The notes under the pieces: model-generated
Told to the model about the DNA's origin: nothing
Seen by the model: only the letters and a program-made list of their open reading frames with translations
Database searches by the model: none
Source of the DNA: Pristiophorus japonicus
Lineage: Eukaryota
Direction of reading: 5' to 3'
Assembly (NCBI RefSeq): GCF_044704955.1
Contig: NC_092010.1
Location: forward strand, 6,634,001-6,698,000
Length of the DNA stretch: 64,000 bases
Part shown: positions 1 to 12,000 of the stretch, one piece after another
How positions within the stretch are numbered: the stretch's first letter is position 1
Layout of the letters: the number at the start of each line of letters is the position of its first letter
Translations under genes and position numbers: made by a program

Positions 1-3000
1 AGCTGGGAGATGGGTTGGGGGCGGAGCTGGGAGAGGGGCTGTGGGTGGAGCTGGGAGTGAGCCTTGGGGCGAAGCTGGAATTGTGACTGGGGGGGCAGCT
101 GTGAGAGGGGCTGGGGGCGGAGCTGGTCGTGGGGCTGGGGGCGGAGCTGGGAGTGAGCCTGGGGGTGGAGCTGGGAGATGGGTTGGGGGCGGAGCTGGGA
201 GAGGGGTTGGGGGCGGAGCTGGGAGTGAGCCTGGGAGCGGAGCTGGGTCTGAGCCTGAGGCCGGAGCTGGGAGTGGGGCTGGGGGCGGAGCTGCGAGTGG
301 GGCTGGGAGCGGAGCTGGGCGAGGGGATGGGGGCGGAGCTGGGAGTGAGCCAAGGGGCGGATCTGGGAGTGGGGCTGGGGGCGGAGCTGGGACTGAGCCT
401 GAGGCCGGACCTGGGAGTGAGGCTGGGTGAGGTGCTGGGAGTTGGCCTGGGGTCGGAGGTGGGAGAGGGGCTGGGGGCGGAGCTGGGCGTGAGCCTAGGG
501 GCGGAGCTGGGAGTATGGCTGGGGGCAGAGCTGTGAGAGGGGCTGGGGGCTCAGCTGGGAGAGGGGCTGGGGGCTCAGCTGGGAGAGGGGCTGGGGGCGG
601 AGCTGGGAGAGGGGCTGGGGGCTCAGCTGGGAGAGGGGCTGGGGGCGGAGCTGGGAGTGAGCCTGGGGGCGGAGCTGTGAGAGGGGCTGGGGCGGAGCTG
701 GGAGTGAGCCAAGGTGCGGATCTGGGAGTGGGGCTGGGGGCGGAGCTGGGACTGAGCCTGAGGCCGGAGCTGGTAGTGAGGCTGGGTGAGGAGCTGGGAG
801 TATGGCTGGGGGCAGAGCTGGGAGAGGGGCTGGGGGCTCAGCTGGGAGAGGGGCTGGGGGCTCAGCTGGGAGTGGGGCTGCAGGCGGAGCTGGTAGTGGG
901 GCTGTGGGCTGAGCTGGGAGCGTGCCTGGGTGCGGAGATCGTAGTGGGGCTCTGGGCGGAGCTGGGAGAGGGGTTGGGGGTGGAGCTGTGAGAGGGGCTG
1001 GGGGTGGAGCTGTGAGAGGGGCTGTGGGCGGAGCTGGGAGTGGGGCTGGTGGCGGAGCTGCGAGGGGGGCGCAGGGCGGATCTGGGAGAGGGGCTGAGGG
1101 CGCGGAAGTGAGAAGGGTGTGGGGGGAGCTGGGTGTGGGGCTGGGGGCGGAGCTGGGATTGTGTCTGGTGGGGCAGCTGTGAGAGGGGCTGGGGACGGAG
1201 CTGATAGTGGGGCTGGGGGCGGAGCTGGGAGTGGGGCTGGGGGTGGAGCTGAGAGAGGGTTTGGGCTGGAGCTTGGAGTGAGCCTGGGGGTGGAGCTGGG
1301 AGATGGGTTGGGGGCGGAGCTGGGAGAGGGGCTGTGGGTGGAGCTGGGAGTGAGCCTTGGGGCGAAGCTGGAATTGTGACTGGGGGGGCAGCTGTGAGAG
1401 GGGCTGGGGGCGGAGCTGGTCGTGGGGCTGGGGGCGGAGCTGGGAGTGAGCCTGGGGGTGGAGCTGGGAGATGGGTTGGGGGCGGAGCTGGGAGAGGGGT
1501 TGGGGGCGGAGCTGGGAGTGAGCCTGGGAGCGGAGCTGGGTCTGAGCCTGAGGCCGGAGCTGGGAGTGGGGCTGGGGGCGGAGCTGCGAGTGGGGCTGGG
1601 AGCGGAGCTGGGCGAGGGGATGGGGGCGGAGCTGGGAGTGAGCCAAGGGGCGGATCTGGGAGTGGGGCTGGGGGCGGAGCTGGGACTGAGCCTGAGGCCG
1701 GACCTGGGAGTGAGGCTGGGTGAGGTGCTGGGAGTTGGCCTGGGGTCGGAGGTGGGAGAGGGGCTGGGGGCGGAGCTGGGCGTGAGCCTAGGGGCGGAGC
1801 TGGGAGTATGGCTGGGGGCAGAGCTGTGAGAGGGGCTGGGGGCTCAGCTGGGAGAGGGGCTGGGGGCTCAGCTGGGAGAGGGGCTGGGGGCGGAGCTGGG
1901 AGAGGGGCTGGGGGCTCAGCTGGGAGAGGGGCTGGGGGCGGAGCTGGGAGTGAGCCTGGGGGCGGAGCTGTGAGAGGGGCTGGGGCGGAGCTGGGAGTGG
2001 GGCTGGGGGCGGAGCTGGGTGTGTGGCTGGGGGGGGAGCTGGGAGTGGGGCTCTGGGCGGAGCTGGGAGAGGGGCTGGCGGCGGAGATGGGAGTGGTGCT
2101 GGGGGCGGAGCTGGGAGTGAGCCTGGGGGCGGAGCTAGGAGAAGGGTTGGGGGCGGAGCTGGGAGTGAGCCTTGGAGCGGAGCTGTGAGAGAGGTTGGGG
2201 CAGAGCTGGGAGTGAGCCTGGGGGCTGAGCTGGGAGTGTGCCTGGGGGCGGAGCTGGGAGAAGGGCTGGGGGCGGAGCTGCGAGTGAGCCTGGGGGCGGA
2301 GCTGGGAGAGGAACTGGGAGAAGGGTTGGGGCAGAGCTGGGAGTGAGCCTGGGGGTGGAGCTGGGAGTGAGCCTGGGGGCGGAGCTGGGAGTGAGCCTGG
2401 GGGCGGAGCTGGGAGAAGGGCTGGGGGCGGAGCTGGGAGAGGAACTGGGAGAGGGGTTGGGGGCGGAACTGGGAGTGAGTCTGGGGGTGGAGCTGGGAGA
2501 AGGGTTGGGGGCGGAGCTGGGAGTGAGCTAGGGGAGGAGCAGGGAGTGAGCCTGGGGGCGGAGCTGGGAGAAGGGCTGGGGGCGGAGCTGGGAGTGAGCC
2601 TGGGGGCGGAGCTGGGAGTGAGCCTGGGGGCGGAGCTGGGAGAGGGGCTGGGGGCGGAGCTGGGAGAGGTGCTGGGGGCGGAGCTTGCAGTGGGGCTGGG
2701 GTCAGATCTGGTAGATGGGCTGGAGGCGGTGCTGGGAGTGGGGCCGGGGCCGGAGCTGGGAGAGGGGTTGGGGGCGGAGCTGGGAGTGAGCCTGGGGGCG
2801 GAGCTGGGAGAGGGGCTGGAGGCGGAGCTGGGAGTGAGCTAGGGGAGGAGCTGGGAGGGAGCCTGGGGTCAGAGCTGGGAGAGGGGTTGGGGGCTGAGCT
2901 GCGAGTGGGGCTTGGGCCGGAGCTGGGAGAGGGGCTGGGGATGGAGCTGGTAGTGGGGCTGGGGGCGGAGCTGAGAGTGAGGCTGGGGGTGGAGCTGAGA

Positions 3001-6000
3001 GAGGGTTTGGGGCGGAGCTGGGAGTGAGCCTGGGGGCGGAGCTGGGAGTCGGTCTGGGTCGGAGCTGGGAGTGAGCCTTGGGGTGAAGCTGGAATTGTGT
3101 CTGGGGGGGTAGCTGTCAGAGGGGCTGGGGGCGGAGCTGGTAGTGAGGATGGGGGCGGAGCTGAGAGAGGGGTTGGGGCGGAGCTGGGAGTGAGCCTGGG
3201 GGCGGAGCTGGGAGTCGGTCTGGGTCGGAGCTGGGAGTGAGCCTTGGGGCGAAGCTGGAATTGTGTCTGGGGGGGCAGCTGTGAGCGGAGCTGGTAGTGA
3301 GCCTGGTGGTGGAGCTGGGAGTGAGCCTGGGGGTGGAGCTGGGAGAGGAACTGGGAGAGGGGTTGGGGGCGGAGCTGTGAGTGAGTCTGGGGGTGGAGCT
3401 GGGAGAAGGGTTGGGGGCGGAGCTGGGCGTGAGCCTGGGGTCAGAGCTGGGAGAGGGGTTGGGGGCAGAGCTGCGAGTGGGGCTGGGGCAGGAGCTGGGA
3501 GAGGGGCTGGGGGTGGAGCTGGGAGTGGGGCTGGGGGTGGAGCTGAGAGAGGGTTTGGGGCGGAGCTGGGAGTGAGTTTGGGGGTGGAGCTGGGAGATGG
3601 GTTGGGGGCGGAGCTGGGAGTGAGCCTTGGGGCGAAGCTGGAATTGTGTCTGGGGGGGCAGCTGTGAGCGGAGCTGGTAGTGAGCCTGGGGGTGGAGCTG
3701 AGAGTGAGCCTGGGGGTGGAGCTGGGAGAGGAACTGGGAGAGGGGTTGGGGGCGGAGCTGGGAGTGAGTCTGGGGCTGGAGCTGGGAGAAGGGTTGGGGG
3801 CGGAGCTGGGAGTGAGCCTGGGGGCGGAGCTGGGTCTGAGCCGGAGGCCGGTGCTGGGAGTGGTGCTGGGGGTGGAGCTGGGAGTGAGCTAGGAGAGGAG
3901 CTGGGAGTGAGCCTGGGGGCGGAGCTGGGAGAAGGGCTGGGGGCGGAGCTGGGAGTGAGCCTGGGGGCGGAGCTGGGAGAGGGGCTGGTGATGGAGCTGG
4001 GAGAGGGGCTGGTGGCGGAGCTGAGAGAGGGGCTGGTGGCGGAGCTGGGAGAGGGTCTGCGGGTGGAGCTGGGAGAGGGTCTGCGGGCGGAGCTGGGAGA
4101 GGGCCTTGAGGCGGAGATGAGAGAGGGTCTGGTGGTGGAGCTGCGAGAGGGGCTGGTGGTGGAGCTGGGAGAGGGGCTGGTGGCGGAGCTGAGAGAGGTG
4201 CTGGTGTCGGAGCTGAGAGAGGGGCTGGTGGCGGAGCTGGGAGAGGGTCTGGTGGCGGAGCTGGGAGAGGATCTGGTGGCGGAGCTGAGAGAGGGGCTGG
4301 TGGCGGAGCTGGGAGAGGGTCTGGTGGCGGAGCTGGGAGAGGGTCTGCGGGTGGTGCTGGGAGAGGGTCTGCGGGTGGAGCTGGGAGAGGGGCTGGTGGC
4401 GGAGCTGAGAGTGGGGCTGGTGGCGGAGCTGAGAGAGGGGCTGGTGGCGGAGCTGGGAGAGGGTCTGCGGGTGGAGCTGGGAGAGGGTCTGCGGGCGGAG
4501 CTGGGAGGGGGTCTGCGGGCAGTGCTGGGAGGGGGACTGGTGGCGGAGCTGAGAGAGGGGCTGCGGGTGGAGCTGGGAGAGTGTCTGCGGGTGGAGCTGG
4601 GAGAGGGGCTGCTGGTCGAGCCGAGAGTGGGGCTGGTGGCGGAGCTGAGAGAGGGGCTGGTGACAGAGCTGGGAGAGGGTCTGCGGGTGGAGCTGGGAGA
4701 GGGACTTGTGGCGGCGCTGAGAGAGGGGCTGTTGGCGGAGCTGAGAAAGGGGCTGGGGGTGGAGCTGAGAGAGGGTTTGGGGGTGGAGCTGGGAGAGGGT
4801 CTGCGGGTGGAGCTGGGAGAGGGACTGGTGGCGGAGCTGAGAGAGGGGCTGGTGGCGGAGCTGGGAGAGGGGCTGCGGGTGGAGCTGGGAGAGGGTCTGC
4901 GGGTGGAGCTGGGAGAGGGGCTGGTGGTCGAGCTGAGAGAGGGGCTGGTGGCGGAGCTGAGAGAGGGGCTGGTGGCGGAGCTGGGAGAGGGTCTGCGGGT
5001 GGAGCTGGGAGAGGGACTTGTGGCGGCGCTGAGAGAGGGGCTGGTGGCGGAGCTGAGAGAGGGGCTGGTGGCGGAGCTGGGAGAGGGCCTGCGGGTGGAG
5101 CTGGGAGTTGGGCTGGTGGCTGAGCTGAGAGAGGGGCTGGTGGCGGAGCTGAGAAAGGGGCTGGTGGCAGAACTGAGAGAGGGGTTGGTGGCGGAACTGA
5201 GAGAGGGGCTGGTGGCGGAGCTGGGAGTGGGGCTGGTGGCGGAGCTTGGAGAGGGGCTGTGGGCTGAGCTGGGAGTGTGCCTGGGTGCGGAGCTGTGATT
5301 GGGGCGGGTGTGGAGCTCGTAGTGGGGCTCTGGGCGGAACTGGGAGATGGAGTTGTGCGAGGGGCTGTGGGCGGAGCTGGGCGTGGGGCTGGTGGCGGAG
5401 CTGGGAGTGGGGCGCAGGGCGGAGCTGGGAGAGGGGCGGGGAAGTGAGAAGTGCTGTGGGGGGAGCTGGGAGTGGGGCTGGGGGCGGAGCTGGGAGTGGG
5501 GCTGGGGGTGGAGCTGGGAATGGGGCTGGAGGCGGAGCTGGGAGTGAGCTAGGGGAGGAGCTGGGAGTGAGCCTGAGGGCGGAGCTGGGCGTGAGCCTGG
5601 GGTCAGAGCTGGGAGAGGGGTTGGGGGCAGAGCTGCGAGTGGGGCTGGGGCAGGAGCTGGGAGAGGGGCTGGGGGTGGAGCTGGGAGTGGGGCTGGGGGT
5701 GGAGCTGGGAGATGGGTTGGGGGCGGAGCTGGGAGTGAGCCTTGGGGCGAAGCTGGAATTGTGTCTGGGGGGGCAGCTGTGAGCGGAGCTGGTAGTGAGC
5801 CTGGGGGTGGAGCTGGGAGAAGGGTTGGGGGCGGAGCTGGGAGTGAGCCTGGGGGCGGAGCTGGGTCTGAGCCGGAGGCCGGTGCTGGGAGTGGTGCTGG
5901 GGGCGGAGCTGGGAGTGAGCTAGGAGAGGAGCTGGGAGTGAGCCTGGGGGCGGAGCTGGGAGAAGGGCTGGGGGCGGAGCTGGGAGTGAGCCTGGGGGCG

Positions 6001-9000
6001 GAGCTGGGAGAGGGGCTTGTGATGGAGCTTGGAGAGGGGCTGGTGGCGGAGCTGAGAGAGGGGCTGGTGGCGGAGCTGGGAGAGGGTCTGCGGGTGGAGC
6101 TGGGAGAGGGTCTGCGGGCGGAGCTGGGAGAGGGCCTGGTGGCGGAGATGAGAGAGGGTCTGGTGGCGGAGCTTCGAGAGGGGCTGGTGGTGAAGCTGGG
6201 AGTGGGGCTGCGGGTGGAGCTGAGAGAGGGGTTGGGGTGGAGCTGGGAGTGAGCCTGGGGGGCGGAGCTGGGAGTGAGCCTGGGGGCGGAGCTGGGAGAG
6301 GTGCCAGGGGCTGAGCTGGGAGTGGGGCTGGGGGCGGAGCTGGGAGTGGGGCTGAGGGTGGAGCTGGGAGTGGGTCTGGGAGCGGAGCTGGGAGTGAGCC
6401 TGGGGGCGGAGCTGGGAGAGGGGCTGAGGACAGAGCTGGGAGTGGGGCTGGGGGCGGAGCTGATAGTGGGGCTGGGGGCGGAGCTGGTAGTGGGGCTGGT
6501 GGCGGAGCTGGGAGAGGGGCTGGAGGCGGAGCTGGGAGTGTGCCTGGGTGCGGAGCTGTGAGTGGGGCGGGTGCGGAGCTCGCAGTGGGGCTCTGGGCGG
6601 AGCTGGGAGTGGGGCTACGGGTGGAGCTGGGAGAGGGGCTGGAGGCGGGGAAGTGAGAGGGGCTGTGGGCGGAGCTGGGAGTGGGGCTGGGAGTGAGCCT
6701 GGGGCTGGAGCTGGGAGAAGGGTTGGGGGCGGAGATGGGAGTGAGCCTGGGGGCGTAGCTGGGCGAGGGGCTGTGGGCTGAGCTGGGAGTGTGCCTGGGT
6801 GCGGAGCTGTGAGTGGGGCGGGTGCGGAGCTCGTAGTGGGGCTCTGGGTGGAGCTGGGAGATGGGCTGGGGGTGGAGCTGTGAGAGGGGCTCGCGGCGGA
6901 GCTGGGAGTGAGCCTGGCGGCGGAGCTGCAAGAGGGTTTGGGGGCGGAGTTGGAAGTGAGCCTTGGAGCGGGGCTGGGAGAGGGGTTGGGGGCGGAGATG
7001 GGAGTGAGCCTGGGGGCGGAGCTGGGAGTGGGGCTGGGGCCGGAGCTGGGAGAGGGGCTGGGGGCGGAGCTGCGAGTGGGGCTGGGAGCGGAGCTGGGCG
7101 AGGGGATGGGGGCGGAGCTGGGAGTGAGCCAAGGGGCGGATCTGGGAGTGGGGCTGGGGGCGGAGCTGGGACTGAGCCTGAGGCCGGACCTGGGCGTGAG
7201 CCTAGGGGCGGAGCTGGGAGTATGGCTGGGGGCAGAGCTGGGAGAGGGGCTGGGGGCTCAGCTGGGAGAGGGGCTGGGGGCTCAGCTGGGAGAGGGGCTG
7301 GGGGCTCAGCTGGGAGAGGGGCTGGGGGCGGAGCTGGGAGTGAGCCTGGGGGCGGAGCTGTGAGAGGGGCTGGGGCGGAGCTGGGAGTGGGGCTGGGGGC
7401 GGAGCTGGGTGTGTGGCTGGGGGGGAGCTGGGAGTGGGGCTCTGGGCGGAGCTGGGAGAGGGGCTGGCGGCGGAGATGGGAGTGGTGCTGGGGGCGGAGC
7501 TGGGAGTGAGCCTGGGGGCGGAGCTAGGAGAAGGGTTGGGGGCGGAGCTGGGAGTGAGCCTTGGAGCGGAGCTGGGAGAGGGGTTGGGGCGGAGATGGGA
7601 GTGAGCCTGGGGGCTGAGCTGGGAGTGTGCCTGGGTGCGGAGCTGTGAGAGGGGCGGGTGCAGAGCTCGTAGTGGGGCTCTCTGCGGAGCTGGGAGAGGG
7701 GCTGGGGGTGGAGCTGTGAGAGGGGCTGTGGACGGAGCTGGGAGTGGGGCTGGGGGCGGAGCTGGGAGTGGGGCTCAGGGCGGAGCTGGGAGGGGCTGGA
7801 GGCGGGGAAGTGAGAGGGGCTGGGGGCGGAGCTGGGAGTGAGCCTTGGGGCGGAGCTGGGATTGTGTCTGGTGGGGCAGCTGTGAGAGGGGCTGGGGGCG
7901 GAGCTGGTCGTGGGGCTGGTGGCGTAGCTGGGAGTGGGGCTGCGGGTGGAGCTGAGAGAGGGGTTAGGTGGAGCTGGGAGTGAGCCTGGGGGGCGGAGCT
8001 GGGAGAGGGGCTGGGAGTGAGCCTGGGGGCGGAGCTGGGAGAGTTGCCAGGGGCTGAGCTGGGAGTGGGGCTGGGGGCGGAGCTGGGAGTGGGGCTGAGG
8101 GCGGAGCTGGGAGTGGGTCTGGGAGCGGAGCTGGGAGTGCGCCTGGGGGCGGAGCTGGGAGAGGGGCTGAGGACAGAGCTGGGAGTGGGGCTGGGGGCGG
8201 AGCTGGTAGTGGGGCAGGGGGCGGAGCTGGTAGTGGGGCTGGTGGCGGAGCTGGGAGAGGGGCTGGAGGCGGAGCTGGGAGTGTGCCTGGGTGCGGAGCT
8301 GCAAGAGGGTTTGGGGGCGGAGTTGGAAGTGAGCCTTGGAGCGGGGCTGGGAGAGGGGTTGGGGGCGGAGATGGGAGTGAGCCTGGGGGCGGAGCTGGGA
8401 GTGGGGCTGCGGCCGGAGCTGGGAGAGGGGCTGGGGGCGGAGCTGCGAGTGGGGCTGGGAGCGGAGCTGGGCGAGGGCTTGGGGGTGGAGCTGGGAGTGA
8501 GCCAAGGGGCGGATCTGGGAGTGGGGCTGGGGGCGGAGCTGGGACTGAGCCTGAGGCCGGAGCTGGTAGTGAGGCTGGGTGAGGAGCTGGGAGTTGGCCT
8601 GGGGGCGGAGGTGGGAGAGGGGCTGGGGGCGGAGCTGGGCGTGAGCCTAGGCGCGGAGCTGGGAGTATGGCTGGGGGCAGAGCTGGGAGAGGGGCTGGGG
8701 GCTCAGCTGGGAGAGGGGCTGGGGGCTCAGCTGGGAGTGGGGCTGCAGGCGGAGCTGGTAGTGGGGCTGTGGGCTGAGCTGTGAGCGTGCCTGGGTGCGG
8801 AGCTGTGAGTGGGGCGGGTGCGGAGATCGTAGTGGGGCTCTGGGCGGAGCTGGGAGAGGGGTTGGGGGTGGAGCTGTGAGAGGGGCTGGGGGCGGAGCTA
8901 GGAGAAGGGTTGGGGGCGGAGCTGGGAGTGAGCCTTGGAGCGGAGCTGGGAGAGGGGTTGGGGCGGAGATGGGAGTGAGCCTGGGGGCTGAGCTGGGAGT

Positions 9001-12000
9001 GTGCCTGGGTGCGGAGCTGTGAGAGGGGCGGGTGCAGAGCTCGTAGTGGGGCTCTCTGCGGAGCTGGGAGAGGGGCTGGGGGTGGAGCTGTGAGAGGGGC
9101 TGTGGACGGAGCTGGGAGTGGTGCTGGGGGCGGAGCTGGGAGTGGGGCTCAGGGCGGAGCTGGGAGGGGCTGGAGGCGGGGAAGTGAGAGGGGCTGGGGG
9201 CGGAGCTGGGAGTGAGCCTTGGGGCGGAGCTGGGATTGTGTCTGGTGGGGCAGCTGTGAGAGGGGCTGGTGGCGGAGCTGAGAGAGGGGCTGGTGGCGGA
9301 GCTGGGAGAGGGTCTGCGGGTGGAGCTGGGAGAGGGTCTGCGGGCGGAGCTGGGAGAGGGCCTGGTGGCGGAGATGAGAGAGGGTCTGGTGGCGGAGCTG
9401 CGAGAGGGGCTGGTGGCGGAGCTGGGAGTCGGGCTGCGGGTGGAGCTGAGAGAGGGGTTGGGGTGGAGCTGGGAGTGAGCCTGGGGGGCGGAGCTGGGAG
9501 AGGGGCTGGGAGTGAGCCTGGGGGCGGAGCTGGGAGAGGTGCCAGGGGCTGAGCTGGGAGTGGGGCTGGGGGCGGAGCTGGGAGTGGGGCTGAGGGCGGA
9601 GCTGGGAGTGGGTCTGGGAGCGGAGCTGGGAGTGAGCCTGGGGGCGGAGCTGGGAGAGGGGCTGAGGACAGAGCTTGGAGTGGGGCTGGGGGCGGAGCTG
9701 ATAGTGGGGCTGGGGGCGGAGCTGGTAGTGGGGCTGGTGGCGGAGCTGGGAGAGGGGCTGGAGGCGGAGCTGGGAGTGTGCCTCGGTGCGGAGCTGTGAG
9801 TGGGGCGGGTGCGGAGCTCGCAGTGGGGCTCTGGGCGGAGCTGGGAGTGGGGCTACGGGTGGAGCTGGGAGAGGGGCTGGAGGCGGGGAAGTGAGAGGGG
9901 CTGTGGGCGGAGCTGGGAGTGGGGCTGGGAGTGAGCCTTGGGGCGGAGCTGGGATTGTGTCTGGTGGGGCAGGTGTGAAAGGGGATGGGGGTGGAGCTGG
10001 TAGTGGGGCTGGGGGCGGAGCTGGGAGTGGGGCTGGGGGTGGAGCTGAGAGAGGGTTTGGGGCGGAGCTGGGAGATAGGTTGGGGCGGAGCTGGGAGTCG
10101 GTCTGGGTCGGAGCTGGGAGTGAGCCTTGGGGCGAAGCTGGAATTGTGTCTGGGGGGGCAGCTGTGAGACGGGCTGGGGCGGAGCTGGGAGTGAGCCTGG
10201 GGGTGGAGCTGGGAGTGAGCCTGGGGCTGGAGCTGGGAGAAGGGTTGGGGGCGGAAATGGGAGTGAGCCTGGGGGCGGAGCTGGGAGTGGGGCTGGGAGT
10301 GGGGCTGGGGGTGGAGCTGGTAGTGGGTCTGGTGGCGGAGCTCGGAGAGGGGCTGTGGGCTGAGCTGGGAGTGTGCCTGGGTGCGGAGCTGTGAGTGGGG
10401 CGGGTGCGGAGCTCGTAGTGGGGCTCTGGGCGGAGCTGGGAGATGGGCTGGGGGTGGAGCTGTGAGAGGGGCTGGTGGCGGAGCTGGGAGTGAGCCTTGG
10501 GGCAGAGCTGGGAGTGTGGCTGGGGGCGGAGCTGGGAGTGGGGCTGGGGACGGAGCTGCGAGTGGGGCTGGGGCCGGAGCTGGTAGTGGGGCTGGGGGGC
10601 GGAGCTGGGAGTGGGGCTGGGGGCGGAGCTGCGAGTGGGGCTGGGGCCGGAGCTGGGAGAGGGGCTGGCGGCGGAGCTGGGAGTGAGCCTTGGAGCGGGG
10701 CTGGGAGAGGGGTTGGGGGCGGAGATGGGAGTGAGCCTGGGGGCGGAGCTGGGAGTGGGGCTGGGGCCGGAGCTGGGAGAGGGGCTGGGGGCGGAGCTGC
10801 GAGTGGGGCTGGGAGCGGAGCTGGGCGAGGGCTTGGGGGCGGAGCTGGGAGTGAGCCAAGGGGTGGATCTGGGAGTGGGGCTGGGGGCGGAGCTGGGACT
10901 GAGCCTGAGGCCGGAGCTGGTAGTGAGGCTGGGTGAGGAGCTGGGAGTTGGCCTGGGGGCGGAGGTGGGAGAGGGGCTGGGGGCGGAGCTGGGCGTGAGC
11001 CTAGGCGCGGAGCTGGGAGTATGGCTGGGGGCAGAGCTGGGAGAGGGGCTGGGGGCTCAGCTGGGAGAGGGGCTGGGGGCTCAGCTGGGAGTGGGGCTGC
11101 AGGCGGAGCTGGTAGTGGGGCTGTGGGCTGAGCTGGGAGCGTGCCTGGGTGCGGAGCTGTGAGTGGGGCGGGTGCGGAGATCGTAGTGGGGCTCTGGGCG
11201 GAGCTGGGAGAGGGGTTGGGGGTGGAGCTGTGAGAGGGGCTGAGGGTGGAGCTGTGAGAGGGGCTGTGGGCGGAGCTGGGAGTGGGGCTGGTGGCGGAGC
11301 TGCGAGGGGGGCGCAGGGCGGATCTGGGAGAGGGGCTGAGGGCGCGGAAGTGAGAAGGGTGTGGGGGGAGCTGGGTGTGGGGCTGGGGGCGGAGCTGGGA
11401 TTGTGTCTGGTGGGGCAGCTGGGAGATGGGTTGGGGGCGGAGCTGGGAGAGGGGCTGTGGGCGGAGCTGGGAGTGGGGCTGGTGGCGGAACTGGGAGTGG
11501 GGCGCAGGGCGGAGCTGGGAGAGGGGCGGGGAAGTGAGAAGTGCTGTGGGGGGAGCTGGGCGTAAGCCTGGGGTCAGAGCTGGGAGAGGGGTTGGGGGCA
11601 GAGCTGCAAGTGGGGCTGGGGCAGGAGCTGGGAGAGGGGCTGGGGGTGGAGCTGGGAGTGGGGCTGGGGGTGGAGCTGAGAGCGGGTTTGGGGCGGAGCT
11701 GGGAGTGAGCCTGGGGGTGGAGCTGGGAGATGGGTTGGGGGCGGAGCTGGGAGTGAGCCTTGGGGCGAAGCTGGAATTGTGTGTGGGGGGGCAGCTGTGA
11801 GCGGAGCTGGTAGTGAGCCTGGGGGTGGAGCTGGGAGTGAGCCAGGGGGTGGAGCTGGGAGAGGGGTTGGGGGCGGAGCTGGGAGTGAGTCTGGGGGTGG
11901 AGCTGGGAGAAGGGTTGGGGGCGGAGCTGGGAGTGAGCCTGGGGGCGGAGCTGGGTCTGAGCCGGAGGCCGGTGCTGGGAGTGGGTCTGGGAGCGGAGCT